A DNA stretch of 64,000 bases, taken from NCBI RefSeq assembly GCF_058153355.1, contig NZ_CM177019.1; one strand, given 5' to 3'. A program made the translations under genes and the position numbers. Shown piece by piece: positions 25,496 to 37,626 of this stretch. The notes beneath the pieces are model-generated. The model had not been told where the DNA came from and did no database searches. It was given only the letters and a program-made list of their open reading frames with translations. Position 1 is the first letter of the stretch. The number at the start of each line of letters is the position of its first letter.

Positions 25496-26551
25496 ATGAA
25501 AAAGAGCACTCTGGCATTAGTGGTGATGGGCATTGTGGCATCGGCATCCGTACAGGCCGCAGAAATATATAACAAAGACGGTAATAAACTGGATATCTAT
25601 GGCAAAGTTAAAGCCATGCATTATATGAGCGATAATGACAGTAAAGATGGCGACCAAAGTTATATCCGTTTTGGTTTTAAAGGCGAAACACAAATTAACG
25701 ATCAACTGACCGGTTATGGTCGCTGGGAAGCAGAGTTTGCCGGAAATAAAGCAGAGAGTGATACTGCTCAGCAAAAAACGCGTCTTGCTTTTGCCGGGTT
25801 GAAATATAAAGATTTGGGTTCTTTCGACTATGGTCGTAACCTGGGGGCGCTGTATGACGTGGAAGCCTGGACCGATATGTTCCCGGAATTCGGCGGCGAT
25901 TCCTCCGCGCAGACCGACAACTTTATGACCAAACGCGCCAGCGGTCTGGCAACGTATCGGAACACCGACTTCTTCGGCGTTATCGATGGTCTGAACTTAA
26001 CCCTGCAATATCAAGGAAAAAACGAAAACCGCGACGTTAAAAAGCAAAACGGTGATGGCTTCGGCACGTCATTGACATATGACTTTGGCGGCAGCGATTT
26101 TGCCATTAGTGGGGCCTATACCAACTCCGATCGCACCAACGAGCAGAACCTGCAAAGCCGTGGCACGGGCAAGCGTGCAGAAGCATGGGCAACAGGCCTG
26201 AAATACGATGCCAATAATATTTATCTGGCAACTTTTTATTCTGAAACGCGTAAAATGACGCCAATCTCTGGCGGCTTTGCCAATAAGACGCAGAACTTTG
26301 AAGCAGTCGCTCAATACCAATTCGACTTTGGCCTGCGTCCATCGCTGGGTTATGTCTTATCGAAAGGGAAAGATATTGAGGGCATCGGTGATGAGGATCT
26401 GGTTAATTATATCGATGTCGGTGCTACATATTATTTCAACAAAAATATGTCAGCGTTTGTTGATTATAAAATCAACCAACTGGACAGCGATAACAAATTA
26501 AATATTAATAATGATGATATTGTCGCGGTTGGGATGACCTATCAGTTTTAA
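25496..26551 (+). CDS. phoE: Outer membrane phosphoporin PhoE
   Basis: Start at [21 protein letters not shown] signal peptide; porin ending ..VAVGMTYQF; AGGA RBS. Confidence 0.95.
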   Translation: MKKSTLALVVMGIVASASVQAAEIYNKDGNKLDIYGKVKAMHYMSDNDSKDGDQSYIRFGFKGETQINDQLTGYGRWEAEFAGNKAESDTAQQKTRLAFAGLKYKDLGSFDYGRNLGALYDVEAWTDMFPEFGGDSSAQTDNFMTKRASGLATYRNTDFFGVIDGLNLTLQYQGKNENRDVKKQNGDGFGTSLTYDFGGSDFAISGAYTNSDRTNEQNLQSRGTGKRAEAWATGLKYDANNIYLATFYSETRKMTPISGGFANKTQNFEAVAQYQFDFGLRPSLGYVLSKGKDIEGIGDEDLVNYIDVGATYYFNKNMSAFVDYKINQLDSDNKLNINNDDIVAVGMTYQF

Positions 26552-26559
26552 TGGAGATT

Positions 26560-26589
26560 GCCGGATGCGGCGCATCCGGCACTTTTCAC

Positions 26590-26590
<1 letters not shown>
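26560..26590 (+). terminator. Rho-independent terminator shared by convergent phoE and crl
   Basis: Hairpin GCCGGATGCGGCGCATCCGGC followed by ACTTTTCACT. Confidence 0.6.
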
Positions 26591-27048
<458 letters not shown>

Positions 27049-28293
27049 TTAACACAATCGTTTTTCGATCCAGCTCGTGATTTCCTGAAGACCTTTGTCA
27101 AAATTCCGATACACCGGATTAAATGGAATCTCTAACAATTTACCATCAGCAGATGATGAGGTGATTAAGCGTGAGTCCTCTTCCGGGCTGAACGGATCGT
27201 TCTTCCAGTAGCCTGATAACATTGGCGTTGGGCAGCGACGGCCCAGCAATCCTTGCACTTTTAATGAATAACGATTCAGTTCCACACGCAACGCTTCATC
27301 GGAAGCATCATGCATCCCCAAACGACTCGCCAGAACGTCAAGATACATTTCCGGCACCTGTTGCTGGCACTTAAAATCACTCAACAGGGTATGAACTACC
27401 GGACCAAGACAGGCAACCGCTTTCAGACGCGGCGATTCAAGATATGCCAGACGCACAGCAACGTTAGCGCCAAAACGGAAACCAAAGGCCGCGACACGGG
27501 TGTGATCCACCCACGGGACGTTAGGCAGCGCCTTTAAGACGTGCTGATGCAACAAGCTGGAGTCCTGGGTGAGCTTCCATTTTGAAGAAAAGCCCACCGA
27601 CGGCATATCAATAGTCAGCATCGCAATGCCGCGCGGGGCAAAATAACGTTCATACAGACTGTAATAATCCGTCTGCATCGCATCCAGACCACCACACATT
27701 AATACCGTCGGGAACGGGCCATCGCCTTTCGGCATATGCAAAAAGCCGGTGATGGGCGCACCGCCTGGTACGGTAAACTCCATCTGCCGCATCGTGCCCG
27801 GCAGACGTTGGGCGGCCTCTTCATAGGCACGGTTTGACAAAGCCTGCGCTTGCTCGGCCAGGTCATCCCCTTTCAGATGAGGATAGGCGGCAATGTTGTA
27901 CAACGTGGCCGCATGCAGCCAGTGACGACCACTGAGTTGTGGATCTTCTTCCGCACAAGCTTTTTGTTGCCACACCATCGCCTGGGTGGCCCATTCATAA
28001 ATCCAGTTGCCGCCGCGGTAGCCAATCACCGTATCGTATAAATCATCGTCGGTACGTTCAGCATCGCTCATCACAATACGCGCCTGAACGTCGAGGATTT
28101 CACGTGGGTCAATGCCGCGCCAGATCCACATCAGACGGTTTATCATGCGATACCAGTGGGGGATGGTTTTACCATCAAGGGCCGACTGCACAGGCGGTTG
28201 TGCGCCGTGATTAAAGCGGCGGACTAGCGTCGAGGTTTCAGGATGTTTAAAGCGGGGTTTGAACAGGGTTTCGCTCAGGTTTGCCTGTGTCAT
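27049..28293 (-). CDS. frsA: Esterase FrsA (fermentation/respiration switch protein)
   Basis: 414 aa alpha/beta hydrolase matching E. coli FrsA. Confidence 0.95.
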   Translation of the reverse strand: MTQANLSETLFKPRFKHPETSTLVRRFNHGAQPPVQSALDGKTIPHWYRMINRLMWIWRGIDPREILDVQARIVMSDAERTDDDLYDTVIGYRGGNWIYEWATQAMVWQQKACAEEDPQLSGRHWLHAATLYNIAAYPHLKGDDLAEQAQALSNRAYEEAAQRLPGTMRQMEFTVPGGAPITGFLHMPKGDGPFPTVLMCGGLDAMQTDYYSLYERYFAPRGIAMLTIDMPSVGFSSKWKLTQDSSLLHQHVLKALPNVPWVDHTRVAAFGFRFGANVAVRLAYLESPRLKAVACLGPVVHTLLSDFKCQQQVPEMYLDVLASRLGMHDASDEALRVELNRYSLKVQGLLGRRCPTPMLSGYWKNDPFSPEEDSRLITSSSADGKLLEIPFNPVYRNFDKGLQEITSWIEKRLC

Positions 28294-28384
28294 GGATGCA
28301 GCCTCCAGAATACTTACTGGAAACTATTGTAACCTGCCTGAAGTTAAAAAGAACAACGCCCGGCAGTGCCAGGCGTTGAAAAGA

Positions 28385-28843
28385 TTAGCGACCGGAGATT
28401 GGCGGGACGAATACGACGCCCATATCCCACGGTTGTTCAATCCAGGTATCTTGTGGGATATCAACAACATAATCATCAACCAGCGGACGACCTGCCGGTT
28501 TAGCGAAGATGGTGACAAAGTGCGCTTTTGGATACATTTCACGAATCGCAACCGCAGTACCGCCGGTATCCACCAGATCATCAATAACGATGAAGCCTTC
28601 GCCATCGCCTTCTGCGCGTTTCAGCACTTTAAGCTCGCGCTGGTTGTCGTGATCGTAGCTGGAAATACAAACGGTATCGACATGACGAATACCCAGTTCA
28701 CGCGCCAGTAACGCACCCGGTACCAGACCGCCACGGCTTACGGCAATAATGCCTTTCCATTGTTCAGAAGGCATCAGTCGGCTTGCGAGTTTACGTGCAT
28801 GGATCTGCAACATGTCCCAGGTGACGATGTATTTTTCGCTCAT
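28385..28843 (-). CDS. gpt: Xanthine-guanine phosphoribosyltransferase
   Basis: 152 aa [23 protein letters not shown].. with PRPP-binding [11 protein letters not shown]. Confidence 0.95.
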
Positions 28844-29103
28844 GTGAAGTGTCCCAGCCTGTTTATCTACGGCTTAAAAAGTGTTCGAGGGGAAAATAGG
28901 TTGCGCGAGATTATAGAGATCTGACGCACTAAAAACCAGTATTTCACATGAGTCCGCGTCTTTTTACGCACAGCCTCTCCCTGACGCGGGATAAAGTGGT
29001 ATTCTCAAACATATCTCGCAAGCCTGTCTTGTGTTGACAACATTTTCTGCTAACCCTGTGACCTGCAATACTGTTTTGCGGGTGATCGACAAGGAGACTT
29101 AAC

Positions 29104-30561
29104 GTGTCTGAACTGTCTCAATTATCTCCACAGCCGCTGTGGGATATTTTTGCCAAAATCTGTTCTATTCCTCACCCGTCCTATCATGAAGAGCAACTCG
29201 CTGAATACATTGTTGGTTGGGCAAAAGAGAAAGGTTTCCATGTCGAACGCGATCAGGTGGGTAATATCCTGATTCGTAAACCTGCCACCGCAGGTATGGA
29301 AAATCGTAAACCGGTCGTCTTGCAGGCCCACCTCGATATGGTGCCGCAGAAAAATAACGACACCGTGCATGACTTCACGAAAGATCCTATCCAGCCTTAT
29401 ATTGATGGCGAATGGGTTAAAGCGCGCGGCACCACGCTGGGCGCGGATAACGGCATTGGTATGGCCTCTGCACTGGCGGTTCTGGCTGACGAAAACGTGG
29501 TTCACGGCCCGCTGGAAGTGCTGCTAACCATGACCGAAGAAGCCGGTATGGACGGGGCGTTCGGCTTACAGAGCAACTGGTTGCAGGCTGACATTCTGAT
29601 TAACACCGACTCCGAAGAAGAAGGTGAAATCTACATGGGTTGTGCTGGGGGGATCGACTTCACCTCCAACCTGCATTTAGATCGTGAAGCCGTTCCGGCT
29701 GGTTTTGAAACCTTCAAATTAACCTTAAAAGGTCTGAAAGGCGGTCACTCCGGCGGTGAAATCCACGTTGGCCTGGGTAACGCGAACAAACTGCTGGTGC
29801 GCTTCCTGGCGGGACATGCAGAAGAACTGGACCTGCGTCTTATCGATTTCAACGGCGGCACACTGCGTAACGCCATCCCGCGTGAAGCCTTTGCGACCAT
29901 TGCTGTCGCAGCTGATAAAGTCGACGCCCTGAAAACGCTGGTGAATACCTATCAGGAGATCCTGAAAAACGAGCTGGCAGAGAAAGAGAAAAATCTGGCA
30001 TTGCTGCTGGACTCTGTTGCGAACGATAAAGCTGCCCTGATTGCGAAATCTCGCGATACCTTTATTCGTCTGCTGAACGCCACCCCGAACGGTGTGATCC
30101 GCAACTCCGACGTAGCAAAAGGCGTGGTTGAAACCTCACTGAACGTCGGTGTCGTGACCATGACCGACAACAACGTAGAAATTCACTGCCTGATCCGTTC
30201 TCTGATCGACAGCGGTAAAGACTACGTGGTGAGCATGCTGGATTCGCTGGGTAAACTGGCAGGCGCGAAAACCGAAGCGAAAGGCGCATATCCTGGCTGG
30301 CAGCCGGACGCTAATTCTCCGGTGATGCATCTGGTACGTGAAACCTATCAGCGCCTGTTCAACAAGACGCCGAACATCCAGATTATTCACGCGGGCCTGG
30401 AATGTGGTCTGTTCAAAAAACCGTATCCGGAAATGGACATGGTTTCTATCGGGCCAACCATCACCGGTCCGCACTCTCCGGATGAGCAGGTTCACATCGA
30501 AAGCGTAGGTCATTACTGGACACTACTGACTGAACTGCTGAAAGAAATTCCGGCGAAGTAA
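29104..30561 (+). CDS. pepD: Cytosol non-specific dipeptidase (aminoacyl-histidine dipeptidase)
   Basis: 485 aa M20-family peptidase, GTG start as in E. coli pepD. Confidence 0.95.
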   Translation: MSELSQLSPQPLWDIFAKICSIPHPSYHEEQLAEYIVGWAKEKGFHVERDQVGNILIRKPATAGMENRKPVVLQAHLDMVPQKNNDTVHDFTKDPIQPYIDGEWVKARGTTLGADNGIGMASALAVLADENVVHGPLEVLLTMTEEAGMDGAFGLQSNWLQADILINTDSEEEGEIYMGCAGGIDFTSNLHLDREAVPAGFETFKLTLKGLKGGHSGGEIHVGLGNANKLLVRFLAGHAEELDLRLIDFNGGTLRNAIPREAFATIAVAADKVDALKTLVNTYQEILKNELAEKEKNLALLLDSVANDKAALIAKSRDTFIRLLNATPNGVIRNSDVAKGVVETSLNVGVVTMTDNNVEIHCLIRSLIDSGKDYVVSMLDSLGKLAGAKTEAKGAYPGWQPDANSPVMHLVRETYQRLFNKTPNIQIIHAGLECGLFKKPYPEMDMVSIGPTITGPHSPDEQVHIESVGHYWTLLTELLKEIPAK

Positions 30562-30571
30562 TTACAATAAT

Positions 30572-30601
30572 GTCCACGCCTGCGGGCGTGGACTACTGTT
30601 T
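30572..30601 (+). terminator. Rho-independent terminator after pepD
   Basis: Hairpin GTCCACGCC-TGC-GGGCGTGGAC followed by T-containing tail. Confidence 0.55.
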
Positions 30602-30608
30602 GAAGCCA

Positions 30609-30851
30609 ATGGCTATCTATATCGAAATAACAAAACATTATGAAACTCATGAAAAGGTCGCATATTTATATAGCTGCGACCATATTTCATGGGGAGAATT
30701 TCTGATCATCAAAGAAAGTTTTGCGCTGGAATCCGTGAAAGAACTTAAGGGTGAAAAGCAGAATTTTTATATGTTCAGAGCCTGGGGCAAAGTCAGGAAA
30801 ACATACTTAGCCACGGGAGAATTTCCCCTGGAAACATGTTACGCCGCTTAA
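30609..30851 (+). CDS. Hypothetical small protein (about 80 aa), AT-rich
   Basis: ORF after pepD terminator, start moved to first ATG beyond the hairpin; no recognised motif. Confidence 0.3.
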   Translation: MAIYIEITKHYETHEKVAYLYSCDHISWGEFLIIKESFALESVKELKGEKQNFYMFRAWGKVRKTYLATGEFPLETCYAA

Positions 30852-30859
30852 AATCAGAA

Positions 30860-31384
30860 TCATTTTTCCACGCGTTTTATATTTACCATTTTGGCATTAC
30901 GCCTGCACCACATGGCAATGGCGGCAACCACTAATACCAGTTCCAGTAAAAAAGACCAGTGTAATAAAAAATTGAGCCACCACGGATGATGTACCGCTGT
31001 AATATGAAAGAATGCAAATGGTTGGTTAACGAAAGGCATCAACCACCAGATATCACCGACCAGCGTATCGAGTAATAAATGTGCGATACTATTCAGGCAA
31101 AACACCACGCCCAACCACGCCGGAAGTTTATTCTTCGCAATTGCGGCCCAGACTAATGTCGCCGCCAGCAGAGCAAACCATAATAATGGCCAATGAGACG
31201 GGTAAAGATGATGATGTCGTTGCCCGTTATCCACCAGATAACACCAGAAGAGATCAAAATCGGGTGCAACGGCCCCGACTAAGCCAATAACCATCGCCCA
31301 CCGCGCATGACGAGAAATCAGCGGTAGGCGTTTCACTAAAGTACAAGTTATTAAATAACCAGCCGGAAGATGACCGATAAACAT
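30860..31384 (-). CDS. Membrane-bound metal-dependent hydrolase-like protein (YdjM/DUF457-like)
   Basis: Polytopic membrane protein with His-rich motifs (HHHLYPSH, DFDL); start moved to MFIGHLPAG; family assignment tentative. Confidence 0.45.
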   Translation of the reverse strand: MFIGHLPAGYLITCTLVKRLPLISRHARWAMVIGLVGAVAPDFDLFWCYLVDNGQRHHHLYPSHWPLLWFALLAATLVWAAIAKNKLPAWLGVVFCLNSIAHLLLDTLVGDIWWLMPFVNQPFAFFHITAVHHPWWLNFLLHWSFLLELVLVVAAIAMWCRRNAKMVNIKRVEK

Positions 31385-31445
31385 GACGAATCCTTTCGTT
31401 TTTCCCGCCGCTTTCATATAGAAAACGGCGGGAGACATTCCTCAA

Positions 31446-32060
31446 TTACACAGCAACAAAAGCCATCCCGGTAAATATCCGTCGCGGATTGCCACGTTCA
31501 ATTTGATGATGGAACATTCGCCGCTGCGATTTCAGCGCCGCGCTATTTTCCTGTTGCTGTTGCTCCAGCTTCCAGGCAATCAGCAATCGCGCCAGCCGTT
31601 TGTTGGCATGTTGGCTGCGCTCTGACTGAACCTTCACACTAATACCGGATGCCAGATGCGTGGCGCGCACAGCCGAGTCGGTTTTATTGACATGTTGACC
31701 GCCCGGCCCCGACGAACGCAGCGTCTCATAATGGATCGCATCGGATTGCTCCTGCTCATCTGCAGTAAAACGCCCAATGCCCAGAAACCAGTTTTTGCGC
31801 CCATGATGAGGGCGATACGGACTCGGACAAATCCACTGGATAGTGCCACACCAGCTTTCGCTTAGTGCCCATGCGTTGTCGCCATCAAGTGAAACCAGCG
31901 CCGAACGCAGCGTGTCAGAGTAGCGACCCGTTTCTGTTTCCAGCACCGTTACCGCGACGTCTTGTCGGGTAGCTTCTTTAATCAACCTGTCCAGCGCCTT
32001 TTTCACTGCGAGACAACATTCTTCCGGTCCCTGAGCTGAGGAGAGTTGCAGCAAGATCAT
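31446..32060 (-). CDS. prfH: Peptide chain release factor homolog PrfH (GGQ motif), apparently intact
   Basis: Start moved to [19 protein letters not shown]; [13 protein letters not shown] motif; start overlaps stop of rtcB-like gene. Confidence 0.85.
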   Translation of the reverse strand: MILLQLSSAQGPEECCLAVKKALDRLIKEATRQDVAVTVLETETGRYSDTLRSALVSLDGDNAWALSESWCGTIQWICPSPYRPHHGRKNWFLGIGRFTADEQEQSDAIHYETLRSSGPGGQHVNKTDSAVRATHLASGISVKVQSERSQHANKRLARLLIAWKLEQQQQENSAALKSQRRMFHHQIERGNPRRIFTGMAFVAV

Positions 32061-33196
32061 CCTTTTTTCCCTCCACTGTTTTTGAGCGTTAGCACCGGAC
32101 GCAGTCGCGCGACAGGAATAATTAACCCAGCCTGCACCAGACATTGCACCACGCTTTCAGCCGATTTATAAGCTTGTGGCGCTTCTTCAAAGATGAGTTG
32201 TTTATCGCGACAAATTACCCGGCTGCCAAGTTCAGTACGTGAGAGTTGCGTCGCCGTGTATTTCGCTGCCAGACGCCCTTTACACTCGGTGCGCCCCCAT
32301 TTACGCCCTGCCCCATGCGCCAGTGAGTGAAGCGTTTTTTCGTTCGCAACAGGTTTAACCAGCCAGGAGTAATCACCGCGTGAACCGGGAATAATCACCA
32401 GACCGTTGTCATCCGGCGTAGCCCCTTTACGGTGTAACCATCCTTGTTGATCGCCGATTCGACATGCGCTAACAAAGTTATGCGCCACATCCAGAACCGA
32501 ATTTCCGTTGGCCTTAACTTGTTGCATTATGCGCAAAGCGATCAGCTGGCGATTAATACGCGCAAACGCCAGCGCATCATCATGTTCCGCAATATAACTT
32601 AGCGCGTCGTCACTGCCTTCCGGCAAACCATGATGCGAAAACGAGGCAATATGCCGCTGTAAAATAGACTGCCCTAAACCACGCGAGCCGCTATGGACCA
32701 GCAGTTGCAGATGCTGCGCATCCAGACCTGACAGTGCAAACAGTTCAGCGTCGATAATTTGATCAACTTGTTGCAGTTCTGCGAAGTGGTTTCCGCCACC
32801 GATAGAGCCAAGCGCGCAGCGCCACGGATGCTGTGCAAACGCTGACGGCAGGTTTTCCTCCAGCCAGCTTTCTTCAGCAACGTCATCCAGCACAGATAAT
32901 CGCTTTTCAAACTTATCGGCGTTGTATTTACGCGCGAGAATATCTGTTTGCCATAGCGCCATGCCGCAGCCGATATCATTGCCGACCAGTGCCGGGTAAA
33001 AACGGCCTACGGAGAAGAACGCTGCGCCAATCGGATAGCCGCGTCCGGGGTGTAAATCTGGCATCCCTACTACGCGTTGCATGTCGGGTAAATTTGCCGA
33101 GGTGTGTAATTGTTGGATCGCTGAACTCTCGATCCACAGGTCATCAGATGCGATGGTAAATACCGCATCGGATAAGGGACGAATATATTTGCCCAT
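32057..33196 (-). CDS. RtcB-family RNA ligase paired with PrfH (release factor H-coupled RtcB)
   Basis: 379 aa; RtcB metal-binding pattern ([36 protein letters not shown]); translationally coupled to prfH. Confidence 0.85.
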   Translation of the reverse strand: MGKYIRPLSDAVFTIASDDLWIESSAIQQLHTSANLPDMQRVVGMPDLHPGRGYPIGAAFFSVGRFYPALVGNDIGCGMALWQTDILARKYNADKFEKRLSVLDDVAEESWLEENLPSAFAQHPWRCALGSIGGGNHFAELQQVDQIIDAELFALSGLDAQHLQLLVHSGSRGLGQSILQRHIASFSHHGLPEGSDDALSYIAEHDDALAFARINRQLIALRIMQQVKANGNSVLDVAHNFVSACRIGDQQGWLHRKGATPDDNGLVIIPGSRGDYSWLVKPVANEKTLHSLAHGAGRKWGRTECKGRLAAKYTATQLSRTELGSRVICRDKQLIFEEAPQAYKSAESVVQCLVQAGLIIPVARLRPVLTLKNSGGKKG

Positions 33197-33513
33197 GTAT
33201 CATTCCATTTATACTCGTCATACTTCAAGTTGCATGTACTGCGACTGCGTTCGTTCACCCCAGTCACTTACTTTAGTAAGCTCCTGGGGATTCACTCGCT
33301 TGTCGCCTTCCTGCAACTCGAATTATTTAGAGTATATAAATATAAAAATCAGGAAATGGCAGACGAATCCAGGGCAAGAAAAAAAGAATTAATCCTGGAA
33401 AGGTCTGCAAAGAGTCATTGATAAAGGATTTTTCATGATTTACCTCCTTGCAGTTTGTGGAATAAGAAAACGCGCACATATTAGGCGGGCGTTATTTTCA
33501 TTGCAAGCTGGAT

Positions 33514-33966
33514 TTAGTGTTGCGGTTTATATCGCATATGAAAATTAGTAAACCACGCTCCCCGGCATTCAACGCGCTGCTGCTTAACTGTCTGAAAACC
33601 ATAACGTTCAAAAAAGGGTTTTGCGGTTATGCTGGCGTCCACCGTAAGTTCGGATTCAGACTTAATCAAAGGTTTTAACAAAGCGCTGGCAACCCCACGG
33701 CGAGTATATTCAGGGTCAACAAATAACATATCGATATAATGCTCAATGCAGGTAATAAAGCCGACCAGTTGTGTATTAATCACCGCAACCCGCACTTGTG
33801 ATTTCGCGAGTTTCTCTTTCCATCGATGTTCATCAATCTGCGCCCAGGCGGCAATTTGTTGTGGTGAATAATGCTGACTGGCGGTCATCGTAACCGCTCT
33901 AATAAAAATAGCGCATAGTTGCTGAAAATCGCCAGGCTGATAGTTCCTTATTTGTATATTATTCAT
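33514..33966 (-). CDS. yafP: GNAT-family acetyltransferase YafP
   Basis: 150 aa [21 protein letters not shown].. matching E. coli YafP; start overlaps dinB stop. Confidence 0.9.
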   Translation of the reverse strand: MNNIQIRNYQPGDFQQLCAIFIRAVTMTASQHYSPQQIAAWAQIDEHRWKEKLAKSQVRVAVINTQLVGFITCIEHYIDMLFVDPEYTRRGVASALLKPLIKSESELTVDASITAKPFFERYGFQTVKQQRVECRGAWFTNFHMRYKPQH

Positions 33967-35018
33967 AATCCCAGCACCAGTTGTCTTTCCATTTGCGGAT
34001 CCAGCAACGTCACATGCAGCCCCACCAGTCGCACACCGCGCCCGCCACGGCGTTCATCCCAGGTTTTACGCGCAGTGGCGATCAAGTCAGCTTTATTCAG
34101 CCGCGGCCAGACGTGTTCCTGGGTGGTTTGCTGAAAATCGTCGAACTTTAATTTCACCCCCTGGCGGGCAATCAGTAAATCAGGTTTTACCTTTGCCAGA
34201 CGACGCTCCAGTTCAGGGTAAAGCCGCTCGATGATCGCTTCACATTCAGACCAGTGATGAATATCTTCCGCCATGGTGCGTTCTACACCGACGGATTTTC
34301 GCAACCTTTCGCTGTTAACGTCGCGCTCGTCAATGCCCTGACTACGCTCCCATAAAATGCGGCCAAATTTGCCAAAGCGTTTAAGCAGAGTTACCAGATC
34401 ACACTTTTGTACATCGCCGCAGGTCCGCAGCCCCATCGCTTCCAGTTTTGCTGCCGAGACTTTGCCGACGCCGGGAATTTTTGCCAGCGGTAAGGTTTGC
34501 AGAAATGCCGGAACTTCTGCCGGCGTAATCACAAACTGACCGTTGGGTTTATTCATGTCTGAGGCGATTTTGGCGAGAAACTTGACCGGCGCAACGCCCG
34601 CAGACGCCGTCAGTTGCAGCTCGTTGAAGATCGTCTGGCGGATTTCCTGAGCGATAAGGGTCGCAGAGCCGTGGCAATGGACACTATCGGTGACGTCGAG
34701 ATAGGCTTCATCCAGTGACAGCGGCTCAATACGCGATGTGTAGCGAGAGAAGATTTCGCGGATATGATTTGACGCTTCTTTGTAGGCGTCAAAGCGCCCT
34801 GGAAGCAAGGTGAGATGCGGACACAGTTTGAGCGCCATGCCGGTTGGCATTGCGCTACGCACGCCAAATTTACGCGCGGGATAATTGGCGGTGCTGATCA
34901 CCCCCCGGCGTTCGCGGCTGCCGCCAATAGCAATAGGGATATCGCGCAGGGCGGGATTGTCGCGCATCTCCACCGCGGCGAAAAAGCAGTCCATATCCAC
35001 ATGAATGATTTTACGCAT
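33963..35018 (-). CDS. dinB: DNA polymerase IV
   Basis: 351 aa [33 protein letters not shown].. Y-family polymerase. Confidence 0.95.
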   Translation of the reverse strand: MRKIIHVDMDCFFAAVEMRDNPALRDIPIAIGGSRERRGVISTANYPARKFGVRSAMPTGMALKLCPHLTLLPGRFDAYKEASNHIREIFSRYTSRIEPLSLDEAYLDVTDSVHCHGSATLIAQEIRQTIFNELQLTASAGVAPVKFLAKIASDMNKPNGQFVITPAEVPAFLQTLPLAKIPGVGKVSAAKLEAMGLRTCGDVQKCDLVTLLKRFGKFGRILWERSQGIDERDVNSERLRKSVGVERTMAEDIHHWSECEAIIERLYPELERRLAKVKPDLLIARQGVKLKFDDFQQTTQEHVWPRLNKADLIATARKTWDERRGGRGVRLVGLHVTLLDPQMERQLVLGL

Positions 35019-35022
35019 TGCT

Positions 35023-35038
35023 CACCTCTCAACACTGG
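35023..35038 (-). promoter_or_regulatory. LexA (SOS) box of dinB
   Basis: CTGGTAAAGTATACAG (CTG-N10-CAG) immediately upstream of dinB start. Confidence 0.6.
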
Positions 35039-35088
35039 TAAAGTATACAGTGATTTCAGAGTTTGAGAAATGCGTAAAGATTCAGCAT

Positions 35089-36012
35089 TTAACGCGTTCG
35101 CTGCGAAAGCACCTGCTGCTTATCCAGCTTTTTCACCAGCGGCTGCACCACCTTATCCCCATGCTGACCAAAATATTGATACAACGTATCGGACGCGCTT
35201 TTGGTGAGCACCATAATCTCAATGCGCCGGTTACCCGCGCTTTGCGGATTTTTGGCGTCCAGCAGCATCTGGTCCGCCATCGCGCTTACCTGCATCACTT
35301 TATCTTCCGGCATTCCGGCGTCTTCCAGCACCCGACGGGCCGAGAGCGCGCGATCGCCCGAAAGGTTCCAGTTGTTGTAGATATTGCTTTTATAGGCCAT
35401 CGCATCGGTATGCCCGGTAATAATAATTTTGTTGTCGAGCGAGTCGAACACTGGCGCGAGCTCCACCAGCAGCGTTTTAAAGAACGGCATAATCTTCGCG
35501 CTGCCGCGTTCAAACATATTGCGGTTCTGGTCATCTTTAATCAGCACGCGTAATCCCTGCGGAACAATCTCCATCTCCAGATTGGCTTCCATATGCGCAT
35601 CGCGGGCGATGGTGTTGATACTGGTCGCCAGCTCGCCAAGCTCAGTGGCGGACTTCTTCTTCAGTAGCGCCGTTTTCTCGTTGACGTCGCGCGCTTTTTT
35701 CTCCGTCTCTTCCGGCACCGCCACGGTGGCAGGTTTCGGCGGATGCGTCGGGCTGATTTTATTTAACGGCGATAGCCCGCCGCCATTGAAAATCGACTGC
35801 CCGTGCAGCGCGGCGATAATGCTTTCACGCTCGGATTTACTGACGCTGTTGACAATCCACAGCGTCATAAACAGCGCCATCATTGCCAAAGTAAAGTCGG
35901 CGAACGCCACCTTCCACGCCCCGCCGTGATGCCCGGCATGATTCTTTTTGATCTGCCGCCGGACGATGGTCGTTTTTGCCCCTCGCTCGCGGCGGTTGCC
36001 CGTCTTCCTCAT
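35089..36012 (-). CDS. lafU: Lateral flagellar motor stator protein MotB-like
   Basis: Start moved to MRKTGNRRER; single TM then OmpA/MotB peptidoglycan-binding domain (NRRIEIMV); last gene of Flag-2 laf cluster. Confidence 0.85.
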   Translation of the reverse strand: MRKTGNRRERGAKTTIVRRQIKKNHAGHHGGAWKVAFADFTLAMMALFMTLWIVNSVSKSERESIIAALHGQSIFNGGGLSPLNKISPTHPPKPATVAVPEETEKKARDVNEKTALLKKKSATELGELATSINTIARDAHMEANLEMEIVPQGLRVLIKDDQNRNMFERGSAKIMPFFKTLLVELAPVFDSLDNKIIITGHTDAMAYKSNIYNNWNLSGDRALSARRVLEDAGMPEDKVMQVSAMADQMLLDAKNPQSAGNRRIEIMVLTKSASDTLYQYFGQHGDKVVQPLVKKLDKQQVLSQRTR

Positions 36013-36014
36013 GC

Positions 36015-36878
36015 TTATTCTTGCTCCAGCATCGCATTCACCCACGCGTCGAGGTTGGCGAAAGTCGGTTTGGACGCCAGATGCAGCAGCTTACGCCCGG
36101 CATCCACCGCCAGCAGCGTCGGTTTGCCGCCCGCCTGCGCCACCAGCACGGTACGCACGCACTCCAGCAGCGAATGTTCCGCCCGCGCCTGCTGTTCCAT
36201 GGCGTTGGCGAGCGGGTCCATCAGGCAGTAGCAGATAAAGACGCCTAAAAACGTTCCCACCAGCGCCGCCGCCACTTTCAGGCCAATCAGGGCGATAGAG
36301 CCATCAATCGACTGCATGGTGATGATGATGCCCAGCACTGCCGCGCAAATGCCAAACCCCGGCATCGCTTCGGCGGTACGTTGCAACGAGCGCGACGGTG
36401 TTAGCAGCGATTCTTCGGCGGTGTCCAGCTCCTGATCGAGAATGCCTTCCAGTTCATGGGCGTCGATTTTGCCCATCGCCATCAGGCGAAAGTTATCGGC
36501 AATAAAAGTCACCAGCCGCTTCTGGGTTAATATCAGCGGGTATTTCTGGAAAATAGTGCTCTCTTCCGGCTGCTCGATATGCTGATCCAGCATACGCAGG
36601 CCGCCGTTTTGCACCATTTCGAGCAACTCATACAGGCACATTAAAAGCTGACGCTGAAACTCCGGCCCGAGCTGTTTTTTACTGATCACGCCTTTAATTT
36701 GATGGGCAATCTCTTTCAGCACATGTTTTGGGTTACCAATAATCATTGCCCCGAAACCTGCGCCTAAAATAATGATCATTTCCGCCGGTTGCCAGATAGC
36801 GACTAATTGTCCACCCGCTTCAAAATATCCGCCAAATACGCAGCCGAGCACCACCAGTAAACCTAATATTTTTTGCAT
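36015..36878 (-). CDS. lafT: Lateral flagellar motor stator protein MotA-like
   Basis: 287 aa four-TM MotA/PomA-like protein upstream of lafU. Confidence 0.85.
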   Translation of the reverse strand: MQKILGLLVVLGCVFGGYFEAGGQLVAIWQPAEMIIILGAGFGAMIIGNPKHVLKEIAHQIKGVISKKQLGPEFQRQLLMCLYELLEMVQNGGLRMLDQHIEQPEESTIFQKYPLILTQKRLVTFIADNFRLMAMGKIDAHELEGILDQELDTAEESLLTPSRSLQRTAEAMPGFGICAAVLGIIITMQSIDGSIALIGLKVAAALVGTFLGVFICYCLMDPLANAMEQQARAEHSLLECVRTVLVAQAGGKPTLLAVDAGRKLLHLASKPTFANLDAWVNAMLEQE

Positions 36879-36890
36879 GATTTCTTCACT

Positions 36891-37607
36891 TTAATTCGGA
36901 TAGACAAAATCACGAATTTTCTGCGCGATCTGTTTATTCAGTTGACAAATTCGGGCCTCGGTTAGCCCTAATACCAGCGCAATTTCTTTGAGATTCATCT
37001 CATGTTGGTAATACATGGAGAGGATCAGTTGCTCTTTTTCACTTAATTGTGAAAGCGCCTGTTGCAGCATTTGCTGAGTAATAAACTGATCTTCCAGTTC
37101 CCTGCCAGCAAGCGGAATGCCAGGCCCTTCGCCGTTCAGCAGTTCGTCAAGGCTGGCGAGCGTTTCCGCTCCTTCCAGTTGCTGATATTCGAGATAATCT
37201 TCATGCGAGATCCCTTCCACAGCCAGTTCTGACCACTCCGGTTCGTGCCCCAGTTTCTTACGCGTTTCGCGTATCAGGTCCTTCATCTGATGATATTTCT
37301 GCCGCAGCTGGCGCGGTCGCCAGTCGAGAGCGCGCAGTTCATCCAGGATCGCACCGCGAATACGGTGCACGGCATAGCCCACAAAACCTTCGTCCGGCAG
37401 CCCGTAGCGGCGAATGGCGTTAAGCAGCCCCATTAACGCCGTTTGTTCCATATCCTGACGGTCAATAATACAGTTACATTGCGGGGCAAGTTGCCGCACC
37501 ACTTTACGCACCAATGGTAAATAGGCCTGCAAATAGTGGCTCTCCTGCTGCGCGGTTAATACCGGCGCGGCAGCAAATTCTTCTGACTCGAATACATCCT
37601 GTAGCAT
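36891..37607 (-). CDS. lafS: Lateral flagellar sigma factor (FliA/sigma-28 family)
   Basis: 238 aa; sigma-70 region 2 and region 4 HTH (LKEIALVLGLTEARICQLNKQ). Confidence 0.8.
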   Translation of the reverse strand: MLQDVFESEEFAAAPVLTAQQESHYLQAYLPLVRKVVRQLAPQCNCIIDRQDMEQTALMGLLNAIRRYGLPDEGFVGYAVHRIRGAILDELRALDWRPRQLRQKYHQMKDLIRETRKKLGHEPEWSELAVEGISHEDYLEYQQLEGAETLASLDELLNGEGPGIPLAGRELEDQFITQQMLQQALSQLSEKEQLILSMYYQHEMNLKEIALVLGLTEARICQLNKQIAQKIRDFVYPN

Positions 37608-37626
37608 GTTTATATCCGCCTGGTGA

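Noticed and set aside
35429-36248. Plus-strand ORFs of 90-166 aa overlapping lafU and lafT
   Set aside because: Antisense within well-supported motor genes; low-complexity Ser/Ala/Arg-rich translations typical of GC-rich antisense frames.
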